Source: Monocercomonoides exilis PA203
Lineage: Eukaryota > Protista > Preaxostyla
DNA: 64,000 nucleotides
Assembly: GCA_001643675.2 (NCBI GenBank)
Contig: LSRY02000029.1
Coordinates: 1,116,001 to 1,180,000 of the forward strand
Direction: 5' to 3'
Below are positions 34,873 to 48,854 of the stretch, one piece after another. How positions within the stretch are numbered: position 1 is the first letter of the stretch; every line of letters starts with the position of its first letter. The notes under the pieces are model-generated. The model did no database searches. It saw only the letters and a list, made by a program, of their open reading frames with translations, and was not told the origin of the DNA. The translations under genes were made by a program, and so were the position numbers.

Positions 34873-37800
34873 ATAATTATTCAAGTACGACAGATGGCAA
34901 AGAAAAATCAAAGAGCAGCAATGTTGGTAGTGCATCCAATACAAACACTCCAAGCAAAGCTTTTCGAGAAACAGGAAGTGATGATGATTTTGCAGACAAT
35001 GAAAGTGTTGCTTCTCTTCTCAACGAATACGATGCAATGCAAACGCCTGCACGAAAGGCAAAAGACACGTTTGAAAGGAAAAAAGGAGATGTTGGCATCG
35101 AAGAGAGCTATCCTGTGTATTCTGTTTTGGTGGATCAGAATGGAAAATCTGTGGATGGTTTGAATGCTCCTTCAAAAATATCTTCTTTTTCTGTTGATTT
35201 ATCAATCCAGAAGTCATCAATTTCATCATCATCATCTTCTTCTTCTTTATCTTTTTTGCCTATGTTTGCCTCAAAATCAGTTTCTCCTTCAAATCTTTCT
35301 CCAAATCCGTCTTCGGTTTCGCCAGCTCCTCATATGTCGATGCAACGTTCTGTTTCTCAAAACACTCATTCTTCGCTTCGTCTTCACAGCTCCATCCTGA
35401 AAAAATGGAAGGAGAAAGTTACAATGACAATTCCAGACTTGATCGTTCCTCCGAAAATCGCCAAAAAGAGAGGGATTAAACAGAGGCACCATCTGGAAAC
35501 AAGGCTGCCATTGCGAACAGAACCTGTTGCTTCTCTCTTTTATCCGTTCATCCAACATTACTTTGTGCTTGACCCAACACGCGGGCCAATCATCTTTGAT
35601 CCTCGCTCTCTGCAGAAAAGACCAGCCACAAGATCATCCTCAAATATGGCCTCTTCTTCTTCTGCTTCTTCTTCATTTCCCACTTCATCTTTTAATAGCT
35701 TTGCTGATAGTCAGATTGCTGGCTCATCTCTTTCACTTGGCTATTCTGGCATTCAGTCAAAGCAATACACATCAAATGCATCTTCCACTTCTCCAAACAC
35801 TTCACCACTTTCTTCTGAACCTACCTTCCCATTTAACATTCTCCATCCACTTTCAATTCCATTTCACGACGGCTCAGGTGATCCTGACTCAATATGCGCA
35901 TTGCTCCCTGATGAACCACATGCCTCAATTCAGTTCTGCCTCCAGCTGAACTCGACCTCTGATTATTCGCTACTTCCTGTTTATGTGGAGCCTCCGTATG
36001 ATAAAAATCGCTTTCCGATCCCCCGCCTCCATCCTGAGCCTCCTCCACAGCCTCAGCCACTCACTCCTCCCCCACAAGACATTCCAGACACAAATGTATC
36101 AGGCGATGTTCAGCCTCCGCTTGTTGAACAGCCAGCAAATGACAACATGCAACCAGAAGAAGTGCTAAATCCTCTGCCTCCTCTACCTATTCCTCTTCCG
36201 CAAGGCCCACCGCTTCCTCCGACAGCAGCTCTTTCTGTCGACACACCGCATCCTCCTGTTGACTCGATGCCTCCTGTGCGCCTTCGCTCTCGCCGCTTGG
36301 ATGAAAAGCTGGACGACTTGTGCAGCGAATTCACCTTCACTTTTGAGTCTTTTGAGAACGATGGGCTGTCTCTTCCTGGCTCAAGACTGGTTCAGCCCCC
36401 GTCTTTTACTCGCTTCAAGTTTCGATTTTTCGAGCTGCCGGAATGTTGGAGCGATATTGGCGTATCTGCGTATGATGAAGGAAGCCATTTCACTACAATT
36501 GGAAGGAAAATGAGCACAGAGTTTGTAACCTAATAAATTATTTTAGAAATGAATGTGAAATTTTGTGAATGAATATTTATTTTATTTATTTATTGTTTGT
36601 GCTCTTTGCATTTCAGAGAGAATATGGCATCGTCCAGTTACGAGACATTTCCACAGCTTTCACCATTGTCCATAACGTTTCAGTGCAATTCATCCACTTT
36701 GTGCAACGCACCCCTCATGTCATCGCTGACATCACTGCCTTACCCTCTCAGTGGAAGTGCTCTGCCTTTGTCGTCAAACACCCCAAAGACATTGGCCGAG
36801 TACTTGGAATCTGAATGGCTCGAGATCGACATCGTCGACTGGTCTTCAAAGTTTCAGTACGGCTGCGTTTTCATTCCGCTGGATTCTCTCCTTCCGTTTG
36901 TCGATGGACGGACAGGGGTGATGAGTTTGCTCTTTTGCATCATCATTTATGCACCAACAAATAAAAATTGTGAATGTTTAATAAATTTTTATATATCCAA
37001 TTTGTATTTTTTTTTTTTTTAGATCCATCTGTTTACGAGACAATTCACCTGACCGCTGATATTTGGCTGCCATTTCCTCCTCTTTCCTGTTCAGTCGATG
37101 CTGCCACGTCTGTCGTGCTTCCTCTGTCTTTCCTTTCTTTTGCATCGCCTCCTCCACTCCACCGCTTTCTGGGTAAGTTGCATTTGTCCATTTCGCATCG
37201 TCGTGTGCCTCCTGCTGTTTCTGTGCCAAAAGCGCTCCAGTTTCTGCGTGAACACAAAGGAAACAAGACGAGAATGAGCAAAGATCTGATAAACATTGGA
37301 AATTACTGGGCATCGCAGGTTGGGCGGCTGGAAGAGGAGAGTGCAAGCGAAGAGGACAAGTCAGGCGATGAGAAAGAGGCACTCGATGGCAGAGTCAGCA
37401 CATCGAAGCAGAGAAGACAAAAGCGGAGTGTTGTTTGCTTTTGAATACTTTAGATTTCTTTGAATTACTTTTTAATTTCCTTTATTTTTATATCAATTGC
37501 GATTCTGTTTAGACAAAGCAAATAAAACTTCATCAGCTGTCATTTGGCAAATTGAGCTGTTCACGTTTAATATTTCCGTCTTTTGCGTCACCTGTGTATT
37601 TTGAGATTCCATTTTTAAACCCATTTTCATCGCCACTCACTGTTGATGTCATTGTTACAGAAAGATTAAAAGAAAATAACCCATCATTTCCCTCTTCTTC
37701 CTCTTCTTCACGATCGAAGCAAAACAAAGAAAAGGAGCTTTTCCTTCTGTCAGACAGCGAAGCAGAATATTTCCGCTTTCTATTTGCACCAGAATCAGTT

Positions 37801-39742
37801 TCTGCACCAAACTCTTTTTCTGTTCCGTCAGCTTCACACAAAAATTTGGGATTTCAGCTCAAAAAGCCTCTTGCTGCAACTCGTTCAATCGGCTCATGTT
37901 CTTCATTCCCAACAGCTGAGAAGCAAACAGGTGGCTCATCCGCTATACTGTTGAAAGATGGTATTTTTATTTATTTTTTTCCTGAATTTTTAACTCGATG
38001 ATCTGGATTCAATGTCTTTATTTTTTTCCATTTCCATTTGTTACATGAAAAATTTCATAGATTTAAATGTTATATGTGCATCGACATTCACATTCGTTCC
38101 ACAAGAAAGCAGAGCATTTCCATTTCTGTTTCAGTCTTTCTGCGGAGGTGATGTATTTTCTCATTGGAACTTAAGCGATGCTGAGAATGATGGCAAAGAT
38201 TCATTCAGCAGCAAATCTGAAGATGCCAACACAAACAAATGGAAAGCATTACTTCAAGAAAGCACACAAAAGGATTCGATTCTTTTGATGCCAACAGTTG
38301 CAGACGAAAACGAAGTTGTTCAGCTGAAGAAAAAGAGAGTTGTTCTTCAGTCTTTCCAACAGCAGAAGAGTCAGAATCCTACAGCAAAGCTTATCAGTGA
38401 AAAAGAGCAACCCTTTTCTGACATTTCGTATCCTTCAGACGGAACTAGCAATTTGGACTCTCTCATTTCGACGCCATTTGGAAAGATAGAGCCAAACCTT
38501 CAGGCAATTCATCCGCGTGTCTTTGAGATTGTGATAAGAGAATCTCATTCAAAGTTTGTGTTTACAACCACCCACATTGTGGTCTGTGCGACAAACTGCC
38601 AAATCTCTCGCACGTTCAACGTCTATCGCCCTGATAATACTCCATCGGAACTTTTCCTTCACATTTCACAGCCTGCACCATCATCACACGCCATCTCTTC
38701 ATTTCCTTTTCCATCTCCTCTTCCTCTCAGCAACTCGACTTCACCTCAACCAATGCTATCCAATTCTTATTTGGCCAACTCACCAACGAGAAGGCGAGAC
38801 ATTTCATTCATTGACACAACTCGTGGCACAGACAGCATCAAAAAAGCTGTCTTGTCTCGATCGACTCCACAGATACAAGCGATCTCTGAAATTTCAAACA
38901 CATACTCAATCACTCAAACACTTCACTTTGACCTGCCTGCTGTAAAGTTCCTCTCGCCAATCAGAATCAGAGTTGCTCTGTTTAACGATGAGTGGTGTGG
39001 GTCGTTGTATGAAATTTGGGAAATTGTCGTGTTTGGAGTTCCAAGCATTGCTGTTAACTCGTCGGTTGGTGAGCCAATTCGTGCATATGAACCATTTGAC
39101 ACGACACAAGATCCAGACATAACAGAGCCAGTGTTTCACGAGCCTGCCTTAAGTTCTGTGACTGCTGCTTCGTTGGACAAAGAATGGGTGGAAAAAGTCA
39201 GATCACAACATGGAAGATTGAGTTGGGAAGAATGGGACATTTCAACAGGCCTTGGGCCGACGCAATCAGGAGTCAACTTCATCATTCGGTCGCTTGCTGG
39301 AGGAAGACAGCAAACTCTGTTTGCTTTGTCTGACCAGCACACAGCCGATCTGTCCCGGCTGTGGCTGATTCTGTCTGATAGCCAGCCTTCAATGGAAGGA
39401 CGCGTATATCATATCGACATTGAGGTTGGGGAGTCGCCAAGAATTGAAATCCCGTTTGAGAATCCGATTGAAGAAACGTGCCTGTTCAGACTGGTAACGG
39501 ATAGGTCTGATATCATTGTTCTTTCATCGAGTTTCCTTTCAATGAAAAAAGGTGAAACAAAAGCAGTAGAATTTCGTATTTCTCCTCAATACACTCCCAT
39601 TCAAGTAACTGCAACAATATTCATTAACGGAATTGGAGCAATGGATTCCATTCTAGAACAAATGTATACAATAAATGTAAATTATACAATGCATTCAACA
39701 TCAGTGAATTGCACATTATTTGATGATACAATTGTTAGCTAG
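32106..39742 (+). CDS. NPHP4: Nephrocystin-4-like ciliary transition-zone protein, multi-exon with large insertions
   Basis: Collinear NPHP4-type blocks: SLGWT..LKQGTPR, VPGLL, IIPHNTL, FKFRFFELP, LAEYLESEWLEIDIVD, YFEIPFLNPF, IPFENP..FRLVTDRSDII. Confidence 0.8.
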
Positions 39743-41288
39743 AAAAAAGGACTATTATGAAAAACTGCTGTTCATCACTTTTTCTTTAATCAAAAATAAA
39801 TACACTAAATTTTTGAAAGTGCCAATGTTTTGCTTTTACATAATCATATAAATTGTTTAATTATAACCCTTTGATAGTTTGTTTTCACGTAAATAAATAT
39901 TTTTTTAAAAAAAAAAAAAAATTGATTGATTCACCAAAAAATATTTAAAACGGGTTGCTTTTTTGGAATGAAAACATTTTTTTTATTTTTTTTAAAAAAA
40001 ATGAAACAAGTTTTACAAAGCAAAAAATCAGATAAAAAAAGAAATACATCTCCCAATTTGTTTTTTTGAACTTAATTCATAACTTTTTTTTTTTTTCAAA
40101 TTTATTTTTTCAGGGATTCATGCTTATGAACAAGCTCTAAGTGCGCATAACTTTGTTATCATATTTATTTAAACTTATAATTTTGTCTTTTCAATAACCA
40201 TTCTCCTTTGAAAGAATTATTAACTGAAAGTTAAATATTAATTGAAAATGCACTGAATTTGCGATTTCATAAATAAACAATTTATTGAATTCAAGGAATA
40301 CTTTGCTTTTTATAATATTTTTTTAAGAAAATACAAAGAAATACTTTTTGAGTTGTTTCCTTTCTGGCATTTTCACATCAATGCATTTCTTTTAATTGTT
40401 AACAAAACAATTCATAAAATATTATGTGAATTTGCTTTCATGCGCAGAATTTGAAGCGACTTTTTCTGAAATTTGGCAACATTTCTGTTGATTTATCGGC
40501 AAGACAGTATTTTATGATCAGAACAAACAATTCTGCATTTCTTTCTAACACCATGTAATCATAAAACATCAAGCTTTAAACTGTTTTATGAAAATCGAAC
40601 GATAGTCAAAATACCAGATCGCACTTTATTTGGATTGAAAATTTCTTCGAACACGATCTTTGAATTAATAAATTGAATGAAATGAAAGAAGATGGAAAAC
40701 ATTTTTTATAAGCGATTGCTTTTATTTAAACAATGGAGAATTACAATTTTTTTTTCCATTTATTTATTTAATCAACTTTTTCTCCATTTTAATTCGTCAA
40801 GAAGCTGCTTTCTATTTTTATTCGGTTCTTATGATCACGTCAGTTTACAAACTTGATTCACAAGCAATAGCGCTTTAACTATTTTAAACACCTTCTCATT
40901 TGAAAATCTACCAATCATTCAGAAATGGTCCTTTGTGCTTTTTCGTTTTAAGCAGACTATCTTTATCTTATTAAGCATTCAACTAACTAAAGTACTTTAT
41001 TGATTAACTAATTCTTCCGCACCTGGTAGGAAGGGATGCTTTGAGAAAGCCAAAGCAGACAGAGTAACAAATCAGATGCAATCTTTCTTTTGAAATTCTC
41101 AAATTGTCATTTTAATCATCGTCCAAGATTCAAACAAGTTGCTATTGAAACGATTACATGAATTAAAGCGTCTACACTTTTGCAGTGAAAACTTCTAGTT
41201 TTTTCATTTTCTTTCATTCTTTTTCAAAATTCCTTTTATCTTTTTCTTTTCTTTAAGAAAAACGAATCGCTCGAAAACTTATTTATTA

Positions 41289-43864
41289 CCATGGGTGCTT
41301 TACCCGCCCCCTGGTGCCAAATCCGCACCCACAAATTGAATTAAAAGTTCACATTTTGTTATATGAACACTATTCATTTTCAATCATTGAGCTTTGAAAA
41401 AAATAGGACAAGTACATCACATTATTGAAAAGCTTCATTGTTTGGTGTTTGAGATAAAAAGGTTTCGAAGTTTTTTTTAAAAATTCTTCAACTTAATCAG
41501 TTTGCGGTAATACAAGAACAAAAAAAACCAAATGGGGTACTCACTCGTTCTTCTTTATCAATAATCACTTTCAGCAGATGCAAACCTTTCAATGTGAAAA
41601 AACAAACAAACAAACTACGATGACAACGAAGAATAATACTTTTCGCGACATTCAATTTCTTTTCTGCTGAAAGATGGTGAAACTGCTCTTTGAATTGGCT
41701 TCTCCTTTTCCGGTTTTCTTCTTTCATCAATGTTGCTTTCTCCACTTGTATCATCGTTCATAATATAATATATTATCTTTTTCTTTTTCTTTTTATGTTT
41801 TATTTCTCTTTTATCTTCATCTGCAGAAGAGCTTGACAAAAGAATGTTGAATTCTTCACGAGAATGCTTGGTTTTTGATGTTGAAGGAGTCGAAGAAGTT
41901 TTCGCTTTTTCTATTTTTTTATATTTGGATCGAAGAAATGCAAGATGCTTTTCTGCATATTCAAGTTGTTTTTTCAATTCGAAGCTGTCCAAATCTTCTA
42001 TAATTGTTGTTGAATTTAATTTGTGATCATCAGACGGAGAAGAACAGATCGATTCGTTCGGCGAAGTTGATTTTGTTGAGTTTGCTTTTTCTGAGGAATA
42101 AATATCTGATGGTATTGATGAAGCTGAAACACTTTGCCTTTTTGGTGGAGAATAGCTTCCAAAAAGTTCTTCACGCCAATCTTGAAACGAAGAATGAAAA
42201 TCTTCTTTCGATGGAGAGGCTCCAATAGGTGCTCCAGATACGCGAGAGAGAACGGGAGCTGCAGCAACAGGCCAGACTCCTGTCTTAATGAATGCTGCCT
42301 TCACTGTTGATGGAACACAAGCTGCAGCCAAGGCTTCGGGGAGAATTTCTGCAAGTTGGGCTCGATAAGAAGGGAGAGAAAATGGAGAAGGAATAACAAA
42401 TTTGTTACTCAAAGTGGATTTTAGTCGAGAAAAAACACATGAGTCACACGGCTGAAGCAAATGTGTCATATTAGGTGGGAATTTTTTCAGAATGATGAAA
42501 TTTTTTTCAGCTGCTTCAATTACAGTTTCGTCATTGTGAGTTGAATGATTATCCATTAACAAAAGTGCACGATGAGAACTTGTAGGTTTCACTTTCTCCG
42601 CGATTAATGGAATCCAGTAATTAATCATAATGTACTTGAAGATATCCTTAGTGATCCACCCGGAAGATGAAAAAATATATCTGATATCAAATGAAGAAAG
42701 TGTGCGAAACTCTTTCGGGAGTGTTTTCTTTGGCCATAGAAGAAATCGCGGTAATGAGGATCCGTCAGCGCAGATACAAAGGCATATAGTTGCATTCGGG
42801 ACTTTTGGAACGACGGGAACTTGTGGAGGAGTTTGACTTTTTAGGCAAACAACCAGTTTGTTCGATGATTCCCCACATGAGATAGACGATTCATCAAAAT
42901 TGAATATATCCGCAGCTGTGATATTGTATTCCGTAACAGTGCTTAACAATTCTGAAAACCATCCTCTGATATTTTCTGGTGACTGCGCTGATATTTTTGC
43001 AACGTCCGTGTGCCTTGCGATTGCAGCCTTCAAAACATCACTTCGTTGAATTAATTTGAATGCATATTTTTTGTTGATTGTTTGGAATTCTTTCTTTGGT
43101 TTTGATGATTTTTCTATTTGATCCACACACTTAGCAACATGAAAATGTTACAAAAACAAATTAATAAATAATGCAAACCATGTTTTGCACATCGCGAATT
43201 CGAACTATTGTCTGATTTGATAAAAGGACTAGCACCTGGTTCTCAATTTCTTCCAATTGCTCGTTCGTAATTGCCTGAGGGTGCCCATTCCTTCCAGCTT
43301 CTCTGCCAGCTCTTTCCGCTCTTATACCTCTTTTCCATGCATCTTTTGACACAACCTTTGCTTTTATGGCAGTTGAATATTTCACTTTAAAACTTTTTCG
43401 AATTGCGAAAAGCTTTTTCGATGGGGATTTGAATGATCGATATTCCTTGGTTGCAAGAACTCTGTGCAACTGAGTTGATGATAATTCAGGTTTTTCAGTC
43501 ATCTTTATTGGGTGTGATCAAGCATATCAAAATTTCTTTTGTTGTCATTTTGAATCAAAGATAACGTTAACAAATTTCGTTGTCTGACATACAAAGCGAA
43601 TAATATTGAACTGGTTTATTATTTTCACTAGCTCTGAAAAAGTTGCGATAAATATAGTCTTTGGATTAAAGAAGAAACTGGCTTTATTTTGAAAGAACAA
43701 AAATTAACGTAGATTGAGCAAAAGCAAAACTTGGATTGTTGACATCATTTTTAGCTGTTTTAAAATAGTTTTCAATAGTTAAACATCTAATTGTGTTTTG
43801 AAAGCTCATTCAAATATGAATAGGGTGCGGGTTTGGCACCAGGGGGCGGGTAAAGCACCCATGG
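41289..43864 (-). mobile_element. Full-length pogo/Fot1-type DNA transposon (2576 bp)
   Basis: 42-bp TIRs (41289-41330; 43823-43864) with 1 mismatch, TA duplication at 41287-41288 and 43865-43866, internal transposase gene. Confidence 0.97.
41615..43502 (-). CDS. DDE_1 (pogo/CENP-B family) transposase, 612 aa, DD35D
   Basis: Exons 43502-43179 and 43129-41615 joined across a 49-nt GT-AG intron; motifs FNFDESS, SSSGWI, LLLMDNHSTH, THLLQPCD with 35 residues between the last two Asp. Confidence 0.93.
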
Positions 43865-44309
43865 TAATTATAGATATCGAATTATCAATTAAAAGTTAAA
43901 ACAATCTCGATTTTTCGCATTTTTCGGAAAAAAATTTCTTATGAATACTCTGTGTGTGTGTGTAAGCCTGGTACTATGCATTTTATCTTTAAAAATAATT
44001 ATTATTTAATGAGATGCCCGAACGAAAAAAAAAATGTTCTGATAAAAAAAATACTCGGATAGAAGAATTCCACCCAACTCAAAGAATTACTCATTTTCCA
44101 AGTTTAATTCTTAAAAAAAGTTGTCTTAGGTTGTTGGCAAACAAACACTTAATTATTTAGATCTGTTCGCTCATGGCAACCAACATTACGTAATATTCGA
44201 AGGAAATGAAATATTTATCTTGAATTCTGAAACGAAGAATAGATATTTATTTTTGATTATTTCACTTTTTTTTTTTTTTAAAAGGTTATAACAAACAAAA
44301 TTATCTTTT

Positions 44310-47300
44310 TCAACCCACAAACAAGTCCTTAAACACTTCTTTAAATGAAAACTTAATGTTTCCTTCAGAAAAATTTTGATCTTCCATTGATTGCGTTGAA
44401 ATACTTGAAAGTTCTGTTAGCACTTGATTTCCAACGAGATGGGACAAATCTGTGCTCGAAGATGAATGGACACACTTAGAAACATTCAACAATTCCATCA
44501 GCAACGTTTCATCATCTACTAACAGAATCTTTTCTGTTGAACAGTTCACGCAAAACATATCAGAGTTCCTTTCATTTTCCATGGAATTCGAAAGTCTCTT
44601 ATTAAGCTTTTCACTGTAATCATCTGCTTTCTTTTCAGATATCTGTTCTGCAAAGATATTCTCCCTCTTTTCTGGTTCAGCCTTTTTTTCTTTAACAGAA
44701 GAATAATCATAATCATCGCAAATATCAACATCAATGCTTTCAAACTCGTCATCTTCTATGATTGTGGTTGGCCGGGTGTTGGCTTCAGTTATGTCAAACA
44801 ACGAATGAGAAATACCACCTTGTAGCGGACAACTTGGTGTTGTTTGAGCATTTAAAGAAGAAATAACTGTTGGACTTGAAGAATATTCCATCTGCGTTTT
44901 TGAAAGATTGAATTCACTGTTTTTGTTAGCGTGAGTAATTTCCTTCTTTGCTGATTCTTCTATTGATCTTTCAACACTATTTGTCTCGTTTTCACTTTCA
45001 TTTTCAGAAACCGCTCCGCCTTTGTTTTCGTTTGCTTCTGATGTTGATAATGATTCATTCGGAGGAGCAATTACATCAGAAACAGAATCAGAAAATATCT
45101 GAGGAGAACGGTCTCTGCAATTCATATTGAATGGACTATCTTCAATATTATGAGAGTTTTTTGAAGATGAAAGAAACGATGAAATTTTCTCAATTTGTTT
45201 ATAGCTTTCGCACATGATATGAACGCATTGCTTTTCAGCATAATTATATCGATCATCTCGATTTTCATTATCATTTTTGAAACTTGAAAGGTTTCGTCCA
45301 ACTTTCTTCAATTCTTCCGCAGCTCGAAAGCGAATCATTCTTTCTTCTGTGAGTTTCTCTTCGAGAATTCTAATCGAAGCAAGAAGAACCGCGGGAGAGA
45401 TATTAACAACGCCAGCTGAAGAAGTTGCCTTTCGTTCAGCCACAAAATTCCTATTTGCGGAATGCATCATGTCTGTTTCTGTGCCCACGGACTGCGGCGG
45501 TATCGGAGGAAATCTTGCTATGTCTTCGTTGGCTAATGGATGAACCTCCTGCTGAGGCATCAAACGCTCCATTTCAGGAGGTGGAGGCTCCGGCTTTTGT
45601 TGGAAAGGTTCCGATAAAGTTTGTTGAAATGAAGAGAAAGAGGAACCATTCGAAGAGGAAGCAGAAAGAGAAGAATTTTTAGTCGAATTCATATTCGAAA
45701 GCGAGTCTAATATTTGTGAGTCATGGGATCTTTCAACTGAGAATTTTGAATCACCAGTTGAATTATCTTTTAAAGATTGATTGCTCGTTGGAATAGCAGA
45801 ACTCCCAATTTTTGAACTGCTTTCTGTTGTTGAATAAACGTTCTCGTTATCTTTTTTATCTTCTTCAATCTGACAGCTATTGTTTGTCGTGCAAGAGGTG
45901 CTTTGTGATTCCGATCTCAACTCTTTGTTTAATATCAATTTGTTCATAAGGTATTTATCTGATAATTCCAAAATTTCCTTTTGAATCGGAGAAAATTTAT
46001 AATTCTCCGGAATCAGAATACTTGTAACCTGCTTCGCCAGATTGTGTGGAGGATAAAATGGGGCAACCATATTTTTCTGGTAAAAAGGCGAAGGCGAAGG
46101 CGAAGGTGAAGCGAAAGGTGATGGAGAAGGAGATTGATAAGGGTAAAACTGCGAAATCTGCGAAGATGCGGGTGAGTGAACAACAAACGATGGCAGAATG
46201 CTTTTCTTTTTGCGAGATCGAAAAGAACGTTTTTTGCCTTTATCTGCAGAGTCATCTACGATGGAATATGAGCATTGCACAAGCTCAGCATCATAGTCTC
46301 CTTCACCATCTGAATACGCTTCTTCGCTGTCCTTTTCTTCTTTACCTTCTTTCCTTTTATTGTCTTCTGCCAATGAATCCACTAGCACCGTTTGTTCTTC
46401 ATCGTCTTCAGCATTCGCCATGCTAGCTGGACTTCTCCCTTCTTGCTCATTCATCCGTTCTCTTTCCAGTTTGATAGACATTTTCTGGTGGCGCAGCGAC
46501 GGAATGTCCGATACCTGTGTTGTGTACAGCACCGAGTCAAATGGAATGCTCCCGTTGTTCTTCAGCGTCAGCGCCTGGAAAATGAAGGTGTTGGCGTCCT
46601 TGCGTGTTGTCTTTGGGTAGTGCATTAGCAGCGATAGACATGTGTTTTCATCTGTGTCAGTTGAACAGATCTCAGACTTCACAGCCTTGATCATCGCAAC
46701 AGAGATATAATCGATCAGACTGAAATCAGAGAAAGGCGATCCATCGCTGTTACATGCAAAGATCGCATCCCAAATGCGGAGTGCTTCTGAAAGTTCGAAC
46801 TCGCGAGCAAACAACATCCGAAGCCAGCGCATCAAAAAGTACTGAGGTTCAATCCCAAAGTCGTTGATCTTTTCCCACAGCGCCGGATCTTTCGCCTTCA
46901 GTAGCACAAATACACGTCGTGAATATCGCACGATGTATGGAATTTCAGAGAAATGAACCGTTTTTGTACGCTTAACAACTGCTTTTGCGTTTCCTGCTGC
47001 TCCATTTGAATCCAGAGTGTCAGCTGACAGATCGCCTGTGCCCAATACGTTCGACAACTGCTTGATTTGTTCTGCTTCAACGGGCGGCTTTGTGGTGTCG
47101 TAGAACCATTTTGAGGTTATGCCCATAATTCTGTCGAACATTGCAAACAAATCGTGCTCAGGATACTCCTTGGAGAGTGCATCAACAAGAACTGATGCCA
47201 TCATTCGCTGTTCGTCCGTCAGATCTTCTGGGAAATCTGAAAAATCCAATGGATAAAGTGATGACTCCATAACAACGTAATAAAGACAAGCAAGTATTTC

Positions 47301-47835
47301 GTGCATTCCCTGCTGATAGCCTGTTTCTGGATTCTTTAAACTCCAAACAAGTAAAATACGACGAAGACAATCATGAACTTCAGGTCGCGTAAAAAAAGGA
47401 ATATCGGTGAAAAGTCTATTTAAATCCTTTTTAATATTAGTCTCAACGTCTTGGTTTTTAAAGTACTTATTCCACGAAGAAACAGATGAATCACTCAAAG
47501 GATTTGAAATTTCTAAATCCTCAGTTTCTGCCTCATGCGGATCAATAAGAAATCCATCAATTAATTCTTGATATTGCCTACGCCATTCACGACTTTGCAT
47601 TTTCCAATCAGGTCCTGGCCTTCCAGAAAAGCATCCAAGAAAAAATTTCCAACACAATGAACGTATTGGTGACTTTTCAAGACCGTATTTTATAGCATAA
47701 ATGCGTGCTTTTATGGAAAATTCTTCTCCCGCTGATCCAAGCAAAACACAAAATTCATTTCTAAATTATTAAAAAATTTAAAATTTCAACAATTACTTGT
47801 TAATTTTTTAAAAAGCCTTTTTCATACAAATCCAT
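44310..47835 (-). CDS. TBC1D5: Rab GTPase-activating protein, TBC1D5-like
   Basis: RSLCWKFFLG, NPLS..SSWNKYF, IKKDLNRLF (Arg finger), YQQGMHEI (Gln finger), MRWLRMLFAREF; short first exon with start at 47835 (alternative 47853). Confidence 0.88.
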
Positions 47836-48854
47836 TTGTATTCCATGGATCATTTCACTTTGGCATGCCTCGAATAACTGTATGGAAAGCTAAAAAAATA
47901 CAAAAAATTTCTTTATCATCCCTTATTTATATAATTTGTGATCTATTGAAGTATTGTTTGATAAATTATTTTGTAAATTCTCTATTATTTATTTATTTGT
48001 TTGTTCTAACTTCTGAAAACATATATACAAGCATAAAAAATTTCGATATTATTAAAATATTCGACAGAGAGAGTAAAAACGCATTAGAAAGGGTATTTTT
48101 TTTAGAAATAAATATATTTGATTGATTTCAATATTTTTGATTCATTTTTTTCATTTCCGAAAGCCATTTCAATGTAATGACTCTTCTTTAAAACAATTTC
48201 TCTCTTCTCAATTTCAATTGCATTTCCAACTTTTTGAAACTGTTACATTGAAATTTTCTGAACAAATGATTTACTTAAATCAAAGAATAAAACTAGTTTT
48301 GCTAATTGAAAAAGGATCAATGTTTATATATGTTTTTTGGCATATTGTTGAAAGGAGTTTCTTTTCAAGCATTCTGAGCCTTTCGGCCGAATGATGAAAA
48401 CTTAAATTGTAAATAATTCTTGAAAAGAATGACCTTTTAACGAAAAGAAAATATCTCTTCAATTATAAGCCACAATCTGAGGAATAATTTTATTCAAGTA
48501 CTTCGTAAGGTTGAAGGAATTTCAAAAAATTTCACATTTTGGATAATTTGTGATATTTGTTTTTCATTGAAGTTCTGGGAGAACTGAAGTATCAAGAAGC
48601 TTGTGGAAAATAAGTGGAACATACATGTTGAAGTTGAACGAATTTGATGAATAGTATTTGCTGAAAAGAAGGAAGATGAAACGTACAGTGTAGCAAAATT
48701 GAAGGGAAAGATGAGTACAAAAATTCCTCACAGCAAGTTTCTTAAAAGGAAACTATAATAAAATAATCTTCTTCACAACAAATAAGAGAGATATGGAAAA
48801 TTACAGAAGTGGATATCTGATGAATTGGTTTTTGTAAGTGTGTGAATATTGTCT

